Positions 28,501 through 37,790 of a stretch of 64,000 nucleotides of DNA are shown one piece after another. A program made the translations under genes and the position numbers. Origin of the DNA: Nitrospirota bacterium (GTDB lineage Bacteria; Nitrospirota; UBA9217); assembly GCA_963737155.1 (NCBI GenBank), contig CAVTRN010000001.1, positions 64,001-128,000 of the forward strand, written 5' to 3'. Numbering within the stretch: the stretch's first letter is position 1; each line of letters starts with the position of its first letter. The notes beneath the pieces were generated by a model. That model saw only the letters and a list, made by a program, of their open reading frames with translations. It had not been told where the DNA came from and made no database searches.

Positions 28501-29154
28501 ACGCCGTCTGTCAGTGGCAGTAATGGGACTATCAGCCCGTCAACCGCCCAGACGGTTAGCTACAACACGACGACGGCATTCACCGTAGCGCCGGCCGCGG
28601 GATACACCGCCTCCGTGGGTGGTACCTGCGGCGGCACGCTGAACGGCACCACATACACAACAGCCGCGATCACGGCGAACTGCACGGTTGTGGCGAGCTT
28701 CACGATCAAAACGTTTACCGTGACGCCGTCGGTCAGCGGCAGTAATGGGACCATCAGCCCGTCGACCGCCCAGACGGTTAGCTACGATTTAGCAACAACG
28801 TTCACCGTAACGCCGGCCACGGGATACACCGCCTCGGTAGGCGGCACCTGCGGCGGCACGCTGAACGGCAACACGTATACGACGGCCGCGATCACGGCGA
28901 ACTGCACGGTTGTGGCGAGCTTCTCGATCAAAACGTTTACCGTGACGCCATCGGTCAGCGGGAGTAATGGGACCATCAGCCCGCCAACTGTCCAGACGGT
29001 CAACTACAACACGACGATGGCATTCACCGTAACGCCGGCCGCGGGATACACCGCCTCGGTAGGTGGTACCTGCGGCGGGACGCTGTCGGGAAATAAATAT
29101 ACGACGGACGCCATCACGGCGAACTGCACTGTTGTGGCGAGCTTCTCGAAATAG
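25501..29154 (+). CDS. Large surface (lipo)protein: four Big_5 Ig-like domains plus ten divergent InlB-B/Ig-like repeats
   Basis: PTVTSITPTDGA..ITFS..MD..TI and FTT motifs x4; then repeats GSISPSG..VNYGASQTF..VLVDG and GTISPS..GGTCGGTL..ITANCTVVASF. Confidence 0.88.
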   Translation: MRKRFIILMVLQAAVMLLSTCGQKGPLPAAPITPPTVTSITPTDGALNVSVTINNGIVITFSNEMDASTINNKTITLCYNGEQSSVPSSVIYSNANGKFTAVLLPSVVLNPSTLYTVTVANTVMDTTGIAMSAAFTSSFITGVTMPLRVIDVQPEDRSQNVSTTTAISIMFSQPVDPSTVSSDTIILSTPTGNVPGNVYYNAATASATFEPLSPLPPNSIYIVNVTTGVQTVSGTPMTDAFVASFVTGAGPDIAAPMVMSALTIPSTTASAADVNTPISVTFSEPMLLTGLTPSSIIVSNGTTGIPGTIMYVDNTVIFMPSTSLAPSTLYTVSIPEAVSDLSLNSLSSEYTWSFTTEPEASDSVPPAVLSTFPTSSAVNVPIYNDVVALCSEAVLTSSITPTTTFTLVDGNGTSIPGWVTSSGATLVFTPTQPLAYSTNYVAEITSHATNLAGNPLVSNTSGGYAWSFTTEAIATFIITASTAGGNGSITPSGAVMLVSGATQTFSITPNAGYQIADVLVDGVSVGAVASYAFTNVTANHTISASFSIITNTITATVSSGSGSISPSGSMTVNYGASQTFTFTPATGYSVAGVLVDGVSVGVVTSYAFNNVTTSHTISVSFSIDAFTVTSSVTGSNGTISPSTAQTVTYNATTAFTVTPSTGYTASVGGTCGGTLNGTTYTTNAITANCTVVASFSINGNTITATVSSGSGSISPSGSVSVNYGASQTFTITPATGYSVASVLVDGVSAGAVTSYTFTDVIANHTISASFSIKTFTVTPSVSGSNGTISPSAAQTVSYNTTTAFTVTPATGYTGTVGGTCGGTLNGTTYTTNAITANCTVVASFSINTNTITATVSSGSGSISPSGSVAVNYGASQAFTITPATGYSVAGVLVDGVSVGALTSYTFTDVITNHTISASFSIKTYTVTPSVSGSNGTISPSTAQTVSYDLATTFTVTPATGYTAVMGGTCGGTLNGNTYTTNAITANCTVVASFSIKTLTVTPSVSGSNGTISPSTAQTVSYNTTTAFTVAPAAGYTASVGGTCGGTLNGTTYTTAAITANCTVVASFTIKTFTVTPSVSGSNGTISPSTAQTVSYDLATTFTVTPATGYTASVGGTCGGTLNGNTYTTAAITANCTVVASFSIKTFTVTPSVSGSNGTISPPTVQTVNYNTTMAFTVTPAAGYTASVGGTCGGTLSGNKYTTDAITANCTVVASFSK
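27140..29150 (+). repeat. Intragenic tandem repeats (447-bp A+B units, then 222-bp B units)
   Basis: Near-identical nucleotide blocks; antisense shadow ORFs recur at 27444/27891 and 28560/28782/29004. Confidence 0.85.
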
Positions 29155-29544
29155 CCTGCTCGACATCGGCATGCCCGGGCAAACCAGAGAGCATACCACC
29201 CAGCCATACTGCATGCGTGAATCACTTATCACTACTCAACGATTACCGATTCGTTCGACGCAGCATTAAACTACATTCCCCGCCCGTTCGAAATCGTGAG
29301 AATTACGGAAAGTTACATCGCATCCACACGCGCCGGTGCACGTTTGAAAGTGGAGCCCGGGGAACTCGTATCACCAAGAATATGAAGATTCCTGTTTGAA
29401 GCTTTTAGTCAAACCTGTATACTGAAACGTTGGAGTTTCCATTCCTGGCAACAGGAAACACTTCATTCCGTTCCATACATACAACGACACTTAAATTAAC
29501 CCCATCCCTCTTCTTGATTTCTTCTTTCATGTTAATCTCCGCCC

Positions 29545-29585
29545 ATAGGACAAAACCCGATAGATAAAATCAGACGAACACCGAT
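29545..29585 (+). promoter_or_regulatory. Paired 17-bp boxes upstream of lactate permease (candidate regulator sites)
   Basis: ATAGGACAAAACCCGAT and ATCAGACGAACACCGAT, 24-bp period. Confidence 0.45.
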
Positions 29586-29764
29586 GTTCTTTTCATGGTT
29601 ATTACAGTATGTTTAGATGGGTTTCCTTATCACCGTCGGTAATGACCAAAGTTCATGAGAAGACTGATTTCCCGATACAGTGGCGTCGGTCCGTACGCGC
29701 CGCTTTCGCGGGCAACAAACCCTGCCACTTTCAAATATTAATTCCTTAAGAGGAGGAAATCACC

Positions 29765-31579
29765 ATGCCTTGGACACAAATAGCTGACCCATTAGGGAAT
29801 CTCGCACTGTCGGCTCTCATGGCCGCGGTTCCCATCATCTATCTTTTCTGGGCCCTCGCTTATAAGCGCATGAGGGGCCATTGGGCTGCCATCAGCGCTG
29901 TCGCAATAGCACTGGCCATCGCAATTGCGGGATACGGAATGCCGGTCAAATATGCGGTGCTTTCGACGCTCTACGGCTGTTTGTTCGGCTTGTGGCCGGT
30001 TTGCTGGATTGTCATCACCGCACTTTTCATCTACAACCTTTCTGTGAAGACCGGTCAATTCGAGGTCATCAAGAATTCTCTTGCCGCGATTTCGGACGAT
30101 CGCCGCATGCAGGCCCTTTTGATCGCCTTTTCTTTCGGAGCGTTCATGGAAGGCGCAGCGGGTTTCGGCACCCCTGTGGCTATTACCGCCGCGATGCTGG
30201 CGGGGCTCGGCTTCAACCCGCTCTATGCAGCGGGCGTGTGCCTCATCGCGAACACGGCTCCGGTTGCCTACGGTGCAATCGGGATACCGATCATTGTCGG
30301 CGCGCAAATATCCGGGGTGAACGAACTGGCGTTGAGCCAGATGGTAGGCCGCACCCTGCCGTTCCTGAGCGTCCTGATCCCGCTCTATCTCACGATTCTC
30401 ATGGCTGGATGGAGGAAGGGCCTCGAAGTATGGCCGGCTTGCCTCGTGAGCGGCGGGTCCTTTGCGCTCGTGCAGTTTTTAGCTTCCAACTATCTCGGCC
30501 CGATGCTCCCCGATATCCTGGCGGCCCTCGTCTCCATTATCTGCCTGACCGCCTTCCTCAGGTTCTGGCACCCGAAGGAGAGCTGGACCTTCGATCATGA
30601 AGCTGCCGCAACGGGCAAGGAGAAGCTGAGATATTCCGGTGGACAGATATTCAGGGCATGGGCACCGTTCATTATTCTGTCGGTCTTTGTCGCTGCCTGG
30701 GGTGTTAAGCCCATCAAGGACGCCCTCGACTATCTCTTTATCATCAAGTTCCCGATACCCGGACTCCACAATATGGTGATAAGGGAAGTTAAACCGATGG
30801 CCGCGGTTTACGTCTTCAATGTCCTGAGTGCGGCAGGCACCGCCATCCTCTTTGCGGGGCTCTTCTCGGTTCCGGTGATGGGTGCGTCCTTTTCGACCGC
30901 ACTCACGGTCGCGGCAGATACCCTGAAGAAGCTACGCTGGCCGATCTTTACGATCTCGTCAATCCTCGGCTTTGCGTATATCATGAATTTCTCGGGGATG
31001 GCCGTAACTCTCGGCAATGCTTTTGCCTTGACCGGTCCGCTCTTCCCCTTCTTTGCCGCGTTCCTCGGATGGCTCGGCGTGTTCATGACGGGCTCGGACA
31101 CCTCTTCGAACGCCCTCTTTGGAAAACTCCAGGCGATCACGGCTGATAGGATAGGCATTGACCCCGTCGTAACGGTGGGTGCCAATTCCGCGGGCGGCGT
31201 TTGCGGAAAGATGATCTCTCCCCAGTCCCTGTCCGTGGCGACCGCAGCTGTAGGGCTCGTGGGGCATGAATCGGACATCTTCCGCTTCACGCTTAAACAC
31301 TCGATCATCCTGACCGCCGTCATCGGCATCATGGCGTATCTCCAGGCCTATGTAATTAAGTGGATTGTTCCAATCTACACAAAGGCGTCAACGGCCGTAT
31401 CTGCCGCGGCACCCGCTGCCGCAGCGGTTGCGGCGGCGGTTCCGAAACCGGCAACATTGCCGGCAGCAGTGGTGTTTCCTCTAGAAGGGTTGAGCTATCT
31501 GGCAATGACCGCCACGGCAGTTATCATTGTCGTGGTCATGGCAAGAATCTTCGGTAAAGACAGGACCGCAACATCATAA
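29765..31579 (+). CDS. lctP: L-lactate permease
   Basis: FMEGAAGFGTPVAI, ANTAPVAYGAIG, TGSDTSSNALFG and GKMISPQS motifs; RBS AGGAGG. Confidence 0.96.
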   Translation: MPWTQIADPLGNLALSALMAAVPIIYLFWALAYKRMRGHWAAISAVAIALAIAIAGYGMPVKYAVLSTLYGCLFGLWPVCWIVITALFIYNLSVKTGQFEVIKNSLAAISDDRRMQALLIAFSFGAFMEGAAGFGTPVAITAAMLAGLGFNPLYAAGVCLIANTAPVAYGAIGIPIIVGAQISGVNELALSQMVGRTLPFLSVLIPLYLTILMAGWRKGLEVWPACLVSGGSFALVQFLASNYLGPMLPDILAALVSIICLTAFLRFWHPKESWTFDHEAAATGKEKLRYSGGQIFRAWAPFIILSVFVAAWGVKPIKDALDYLFIIKFPIPGLHNMVIREVKPMAAVYVFNVLSAAGTAILFAGLFSVPVMGASFSTALTVAADTLKKLRWPIFTISSILGFAYIMNFSGMAVTLGNAFALTGPLFPFFAAFLGWLGVFMTGSDTSSNALFGKLQAITADRIGIDPVVTVGANSAGGVCGKMISPQSLSVATAAVGLVGHESDIFRFTLKHSIILTAVIGIMAYLQAYVIKWIVPIYTKASTAVSAAAPAAAAVAAAVPKPATLPAAVVFPLEGLSYLAMTATAVIIVVVMARIFGKDRTATS

Positions 31580-31589
31580 ATAATCGCCG

Positions 31590-31632
31590 ATGAGGGGCAG
31601 AAGGGAAGAACTCCCTCTGCCCCTCATTTTTT
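31590..31632 (+). terminator. Rho-independent terminator
   Basis: ATGAGGGGCAGA..TCTGCCCCTCAT followed by a T-run. Confidence 0.85.
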
Positions 31633-31786
31633 GGACCATGTGCCATAAGGGCTAAGAAAGCTTTGCATGAATCACCTCCGTGATACTATTACCTTCATCC
31701 GGACTTTTCCAAGTGTATTCGAGTCCTGCCGTTGCTAGAGGGTTGTCTTTGGTGCCGCAATGGATGCGATACAGAGGAGACCAGTA

Positions 31787-32341
31787 ATGTTTGATATATT
31801 TAAAGCGGGAGCCGAAGCTGCAGGCAACACCGATGTCCGGCGGTTTTCCACGAAAGCCGAGGCGCTAAACTTTATCCAAGGGTATTTCGAGAAGGAAGAC
31901 ATAAAGGATGCGGCCGGTTCCTATGCGGTCTGGGCCGACTGCCCGTTCCTCAAAGGTGTCGACACAAAAGCCCTTGCAGCCAGGATTCCCGGCCTGCAAT
32001 TCGAGGTCACCCCCGAACGGGCAAAAAATTCAAAGATCGGCATTACCCAGATGGAATGGGGGATTGCCAATACCGGCACGCTGGCGCAAAACGCCACAGC
32101 AGCTGAACAGCGGTTGGCATCCACGCTGCCGTGGATCCATATCATGCTGCTCGCCACCGACAATATCGTGGCTGATCTGCCGTCGTTCATGACGAAAATG
32201 CATCCAGGCAAGAGCAACTATCTCGCACTGATCACCGGACCGAGCAAGACCGCCGATATCGAACGCGTGCTTGTCATCGGCGTCCATGGTCCCGAACGTC
32301 TTGTCATCGTGTGCGTCGACGAGTTGGGAGACATGAACTAG
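31787..32341 (+). CDS. lutC: LUD-domain lactate utilization protein (LutC/LdhG-like)
   Basis: GIANTGTL..ITGPSKTADIERVLVIGVHGP. Confidence 0.9.
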   Translation: MFDIFKAGAEAAGNTDVRRFSTKAEALNFIQGYFEKEDIKDAAGSYAVWADCPFLKGVDTKALAARIPGLQFEVTPERAKNSKIGITQMEWGIANTGTLAQNATAAEQRLASTLPWIHIMLLATDNIVADLPSFMTKMHPGKSNYLALITGPSKTADIERVLVIGVHGPERLVIVCVDELGDMN

Positions 32342-34467
32342 TGAATAAAGAATTCTCGGAATCCATACAAAAGGCCCTTCAGAACCGCAACCTTGCCGGC
32401 ATCCTGGACCGGTGGAATTACCCGGCCACTCGTGCCGCGGCGTACGAGGGCGTCGATTTTGAGGCGCTGAGAAACCGGATAGCAAAGATAAAGAGTGATG
32501 CCGCCGGACGACTCGACGAGCTTGCCGAAACATTCAAGAAGGCGGCCGAAGCCCGCGGCACCAAGGTTTTCCGGGCAAACAGCCCGCAGGCGGCCAAGGA
32601 CTACATCACGAATCTCTGCAAAGAGAAGGGCGTCAAGAATATCGTCAAATCCAAGTCCATGGCCACGGAAGAGATCCATCTGAACGAACATCTTGCCAAG
32701 AACGGCATCCAGGCGCATGAGACCGACCTCGGCGAATGGATCATTCAGCTTGCTCACCAGAAGCCTTCGCACATGGTCTTGCCGGCCCTCCATCTGACCA
32801 AGGAGGAGGTTGCGGACCTCTTCAGCAAAGAGACGAAGGAGGAACAGCCCAACGACATCCAGCACCTGGTCAAGGTGGCACGCCAGGCGCTTCGCGAGAA
32901 ATACTTTGAGGCCGATATGGGCATTTCAGGTGCAAACATCGCCATTGCCGAGACAGGCACGGTCGTTATTTGCACCAATGAAGGCAATGCCCGCCTCGTA
33001 GGCACGCTGCCGAAAACCCATTTGATCCTCGTCGGCCTTGAAAAGCTCATTGAGAATTATGCCGACGCTGCCCCGATCCTGACGGCATTGCCCAAGAGCG
33101 CAACCAGTCAGCTGATAACCTGCTATGTTTCGATGATAAGCGGCCCGGCGCAGAATACAGACGGCTCGATGAAAGATTTACATATCGTTCTTATGGACAA
33201 TAAGCGGACCGCCATGGCAAAGGATCCCAAATTTAAAGAGTCCCTCCAGTGCATCCGTTGCGGTTCCTGCCTGAATGTCTGCCCGGTCTATCGCCTGGTA
33301 ACCGGCCATGTATTCGGCCATATTTACACCGGCGGCATCGGCACGATCCTGACCGCCTGGTTCGACGAACTTAAGAAGACTGAAGATATACAGGGCCTCT
33401 GTCTTCAGTGCGGGAGGTGCAAAGCCATCTGTCCGGCAAAGATCGACATCCCCGAGCTTATCGTGGAACTCCGGCGCCGGCTCGTCCAAGAGCAGGGACT
33501 GCCCGCAGTCCAGAGGGCCATCTACTCGGTGGTGAATAACCGCCGGCTTTTCCACGCCACGCTTCGCGCCGCCGCGATCACGCAAAAGCCCTTTGTCAAG
33601 GACGGATTCATCAGGCACTTGCCGATGTTCCTGTCGGACATCACCAAGGACCGCAGTCTTCCGGCAATTGCTAAGGTCCCCTTCAGAGACAGCGTCAAGC
33701 AGATCAAGCAGCCGGGAGCCTCCGAGAAGGTGTCCTTTTATGCAGGATGCCTCATCGATTTCTCCTATCCTCATATTGGAGAAGCGGTCATCAAGGTCCT
33801 GAACAAAGCCGGCATAGAGATCTCTTTTCCCGATGAGCAGACCTGCTGCGGCGCGCCGGCACGTTACAGCGGGGCCTTTGACGTCGCGGCCAACAACGCG
33901 ATCGACAACATCAAGGCGTTGCTCAACGATGATGTGAAATACGTGGTCTCCGCCTGCCCGACCTGCACGGTCGCCCTCAAGTACGAGTTCTATAATACGC
34001 TCGAAAGCGAGGGTAAGACCGGGTGGCTTCATAAGGCAAAGGAACTCGCGGCACTAACCATAGACTTTTCGACCTTCGTCACGAAGCTCGTCAAAGAGGG
34101 GCGGCTCTCCCTGCAAAAAGCAAAGGGCCTCGGAAAATTGACATACCACGACTCCTGCCATCTCAAGAGGACCCTTCATGTCTTCGAGGAACCGCGCACT
34201 CTTCTGGCGGGGTCCGGTTTCGAGCTGGCCGAGATGCTGGAATCCGACACGTGCTGCGGCATGGGAGGGACCTATACCCTCAAGCAGCCGGAGATATCCT
34301 CCCTCATTTTGAAGCGGAAACTCGAGAATATCAAGAATACCGCGGCTTCCTCCGTCGCGATGGACTGCCCGGGATGCATCATGCAGATAAAGGGCGGCCT
34401 TGACAAAGCAGGAAGCCCGATCAAGGTAAAACATACGGCGGAGCTGTTGGCCGGGAGACTGACCTGA
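32341..34467 (+). CDS. ldhH: L-lactate dehydrogenase large subunit (LutB-LutA-type fusion: LUD, 4Fe-4S, CCG domains)
   Basis: KSKSMATEEI, ETDLGEWIIQL, CIRCGSCLNVCP and two CCG motifs; GTG overlaps the lutC stop. Confidence 0.9.
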   Translation: MNKEFSESIQKALQNRNLAGILDRWNYPATRAAAYEGVDFEALRNRIAKIKSDAAGRLDELAETFKKAAEARGTKVFRANSPQAAKDYITNLCKEKGVKNIVKSKSMATEEIHLNEHLAKNGIQAHETDLGEWIIQLAHQKPSHMVLPALHLTKEEVADLFSKETKEEQPNDIQHLVKVARQALREKYFEADMGISGANIAIAETGTVVICTNEGNARLVGTLPKTHLILVGLEKLIENYADAAPILTALPKSATSQLITCYVSMISGPAQNTDGSMKDLHIVLMDNKRTAMAKDPKFKESLQCIRCGSCLNVCPVYRLVTGHVFGHIYTGGIGTILTAWFDELKKTEDIQGLCLQCGRCKAICPAKIDIPELIVELRRRLVQEQGLPAVQRAIYSVVNNRRLFHATLRAAAITQKPFVKDGFIRHLPMFLSDITKDRSLPAIAKVPFRDSVKQIKQPGASEKVSFYAGCLIDFSYPHIGEAVIKVLNKAGIEISFPDEQTCCGAPARYSGAFDVAANNAIDNIKALLNDDVKYVVSACPTCTVALKYEFYNTLESEGKTGWLHKAKELAALTIDFSTFVTKLVKEGRLSLQKAKGLGKLTYHDSCHLKRTLHVFEEPRTLLAGSGFELAEMLESDTCCGMGGTYTLKQPEISSLILKRKLENIKNTAASSVAMDCPGCIMQIKGGLDKAGSPIKVKHTAELLAGRLT

Positions 34468-34578
34468 ATGAGCGGGATGTATGAGTACGGATCAAAGGCG
34501 ATAACCGATTTACGAATGAAAAAGAACGCGGATGAACGGCCTGTTTCCGTGCCATCCGCGCGACCGTCAAGATGATCT

Positions 34579-37485
34579 ATGATTGGAAATAAGAAAAAAA
34601 ACGATTACAGGGCGCTGCCCGCCGATTACCGAAAATTCTACGATGCGGCCACCGCGTTCATCCCTGCATCCCGGCTTCTGATTGACCCCTTCAAGACCCT
34701 CGCGCTCGGAACCGATGCCAGCTTCTACCGGCTAATCCCGAAAATTGTGATCAAGACCGAAAGCAGGGATGAGGTATCGAATATCCTGCAAACCGCAAGC
34801 CGGCTCAAAATTCCAGTGACTTTCAGGGCGGCGGGCACGAGCCTCTCCGGCCAGGCAGTCACCGATTCCATCCTGCTCCTGCTCGCTGGGGCCTGGAAAA
34901 ATTATGTCATCCATGACAACGGGGAGCGGATAACTCTGGAGCCGGGCGTCATCGGGGCCGAGGCGAACAGCTATCTGGCGCCCTTCGGAAAAAAAATAGG
35001 GCCGGACCCGGCCTCGATCAACAGTTGCATGATCGGCGGCATCGCTGCAAACAACGCCAGCGGCATGTGCTGCGGAACGTCTCAGAACAGCTATAAAACC
35101 GTGGAGAGCATGAAGATCATCTTCGCCGACGGCGTGTTGCTTGATACAGCAGATCATGCGTCACGGCGATCTTTTATTGAATCCCACAAAGAATTGATCC
35201 GAGAGCTCGGAATTATTCGTAACGAAATTAACGGAGATCCATGGCTCCGGTCGCGGATCGGCCGCAAATACCTCATCAAGAACACGACTGGTTACAGCAT
35301 CAACGCATTCATCGATTATTCCGATCCCCTGGACATCATCCTCCATCTCCTGATCGGGTCCGAGGGCACCCTGGGATTCAGCGCAGAGATCACGTACAAG
35401 ACCGTTGCCGAACATCCCCATAAGGCCAGCGCCCTCATCATATTCCCCGACATAGCGGGCGCCTGCAAGGCAACGATTATACTGAAAAAACAGCCCGTCT
35501 CGGCCGTCGAGCTGATGGACAGGTCCTCCCTGCGGTCGGTCGAAAGCAAGTCGGGACTTCCCGCCTATCTCAAGTCCCTGTCCGGAGAAGCGGCAGCCCT
35601 CCTGGTAGAAACGAGGGCAGGCGATCACGCGACCCTGCGTGAACAGATGGGAACGGTGAAGAAATCGCTCGCGAACATACCCACGGTATTCCCCGTCTTT
35701 TTCACCGACAAAAAACCGGAATACGAGAACCTCTGGGATGTGAGGCGGGGGCTATTCCCGGCGGTCGGTGCCGCACGGAAGATTGGGACAACGGTCATCA
35801 TTGAAGACGTGGTTTTCCCTATCGAAACGTTGGCTGATGCGACTCTCGAGCTTACGCGCCTCATGAAGCGGCACGGCTATGCTGAGGGGATCATCTTCGG
35901 CCATGCCCTCGACGGGAACCTACACTTCGTATTTACGCAGGATTTCGGCTTGCCCGAAGAGGTGGGGCGCTACCAGGGATTTATGGATGAAGTGGCCGTT
36001 ATGGTCGTGAAAAAATTCGATGGCTCGCTCAAAGGGGAGCATGGAACAGGCAGGAACATGGCACCCTTCGTGGAACTGGAATGGGGCGAAAAGGCCTACG
36101 GCCTTATGCGGAGAATCAAGAAGGCCTTCGATCCGCTCAATATCTTGAACCCTGACGTGATGATAAGTGCAAACCCAACAATCCACCTCGAAAACCTGAA
36201 ACAGCTGCCACAAACCCACGATATCGTGGACCGGTGCATAGAGTGCGGCTTCTGCGAAGTAAAGTGCCCGTCAAGAAATATTACCACAACCCCGCGACAG
36301 CGCATCGTCATTCAGCGGGAGATTTCACGCCTGAAGGCTACGAAAGAAAACGCAATAAGGCTCGGCCGTCTCGAAGACGATTATGATTATCAGGGCGAGC
36401 GAACATGCGCCGTGGACGGTCTCTGTTCCACTGCGTGCCCGGTCTCGATCAACACCGGTGAACTTACCAAGCGCTTGCGCTCATTGAAGAACACCACCAC
36501 AGGCGTCCGTATCGCTCAAGGAATAGCGAGCCACTATCCCGCTGTCCTCGCCGGCGTGAGAACCGGACTGAAAACAGCTTATGCGGCGCATGCAATCCTC
36601 GGCACATCGCTCATGAGCGGGCTTGCAAAGGGGCTGAGGGCACTTTCATTTAATTCGGTCCCCCTCTGGAATCCCTCGATGCCGAAAGGAATCTCTTCAC
36701 CGGAGTTCACTAATATCATGAGAGGCTCTGACCGGAAGGTGGTGTATTTCCCGAGCTGTATCGTCAGAACCATGGGGCCCGCACAAGGCGATAAAGACGA
36801 GAGGCCGGTCTTCGAGGCAATGCTTTCGGTCCTCCGCAAGGCAAACTATGACGTGCTCTTTCCAAAAGCCATGGAGAGACTCTGCTGCGGCCTCACCTTT
36901 GAGAGTAAAGGTTTCTTCTCGCAGGCCGACACGATGTCGAAGGAGCTCGAGGAAGCGGTCCTTGAGTGCAGCAACAACGGCGAATATCCCGTCCTCTGTG
37001 ATACGAGCCCCTGTCTTTACCGGATGAGGACCGCCTTCAAGTCAAAATTGAAACTCTACGAACCCGTGGAGTTTATCCACGATTTCCTCATGGACCGTCT
37101 CGATTTCGCGATGACCCCTGAGACGGTGACAGTGCACGTGACCTGCAGTTCGACCAAGATGGGGCTCGCGGAAAAATTCAGGGCCGTCGCGCATGCTTGC
37201 GCCGAGAAAGTCGTAATGCCGCCAAAGATCGGGTGCTGTGGTTTTGCCGGTGACCGGGGCTTCACCTATCCCGAGCTCAACGCCTCGGCCCTCGCGGACT
37301 TGAACCGGTCGCTTCCCATGGAATGCGTCGCAGGATATTCGAACAGCCGCACGTGTGAGATCGGGTTGTCGCACCACAGCGGCATTTCGTATCAATCCAT
37401 CGTTCACCTCGTGGACAAATGCACGTCCAAAAGATTGCAACTTACTGCCAGGCTTCCTCTTCCGGATATAAAGCCAATCATCTGA
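34579..37485 (+). CDS. dld: FAD- and Fe-S-containing D-lactate dehydrogenase (Dld-II type)
   Basis: TDASFYRLIP, FRAAGTSLSGQA, GPDPAS, LKGEHGTGRNMAPFV, CIECGFCE..CP, CCGFAGDRGF. Confidence 0.9.
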   Translation: MIGNKKKNDYRALPADYRKFYDAATAFIPASRLLIDPFKTLALGTDASFYRLIPKIVIKTESRDEVSNILQTASRLKIPVTFRAAGTSLSGQAVTDSILLLLAGAWKNYVIHDNGERITLEPGVIGAEANSYLAPFGKKIGPDPASINSCMIGGIAANNASGMCCGTSQNSYKTVESMKIIFADGVLLDTADHASRRSFIESHKELIRELGIIRNEINGDPWLRSRIGRKYLIKNTTGYSINAFIDYSDPLDIILHLLIGSEGTLGFSAEITYKTVAEHPHKASALIIFPDIAGACKATIILKKQPVSAVELMDRSSLRSVESKSGLPAYLKSLSGEAAALLVETRAGDHATLREQMGTVKKSLANIPTVFPVFFTDKKPEYENLWDVRRGLFPAVGAARKIGTTVIIEDVVFPIETLADATLELTRLMKRHGYAEGIIFGHALDGNLHFVFTQDFGLPEEVGRYQGFMDEVAVMVVKKFDGSLKGEHGTGRNMAPFVELEWGEKAYGLMRRIKKAFDPLNILNPDVMISANPTIHLENLKQLPQTHDIVDRCIECGFCEVKCPSRNITTTPRQRIVIQREISRLKATKENAIRLGRLEDDYDYQGERTCAVDGLCSTACPVSINTGELTKRLRSLKNTTTGVRIAQGIASHYPAVLAGVRTGLKTAYAAHAILGTSLMSGLAKGLRALSFNSVPLWNPSMPKGISSPEFTNIMRGSDRKVVYFPSCIVRTMGPAQGDKDERPVFEAMLSVLRKANYDVLFPKAMERLCCGLTFESKGFFSQADTMSKELEEAVLECSNNGEYPVLCDTSPCLYRMRTAFKSKLKLYEPVEFIHDFLMDRLDFAMTPETVTVHVTCSSTKMGLAEKFRAVAHACAEKVVMPPKIGCCGFAGDRGFTYPELNASALADLNRSLPMECVAGYSNSRTCEIGLSHHSGISYQSIVHLVDKCTSKRLQLTARLPLPDIKPII

Positions 37486-37790
37486 GTCACCATGCTACGA
37501 TATCGCCTTGATAATCTAAATCACATCGTTTATCACCAGCTACACGTTGCTGTGGAGCATTCGTACGTTCCCTGAACCGGGACAACCCGAACCCGTATGG
37601 AATGAACAAATACTCATAGAATCTCAAATGGGCAAGGAAAGCTTTTTTGTTCCATCGTTTTAGAAAAATTTACCGATGAAAATGTTATAATGTGGAATGG
37701 CGCGGAAAGTTGAAATGTTGAATAAAGGCTCTTGATGGCTATACGCATTCCATCCCTATTATCCAGGATACGGTAACATACAGGTGGCGC

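Noticed and set aside
26533-29232. Long repetitive minus-strand ORFs
   Set aside because: Antisense shadows of the repeat protein 25501-29154.
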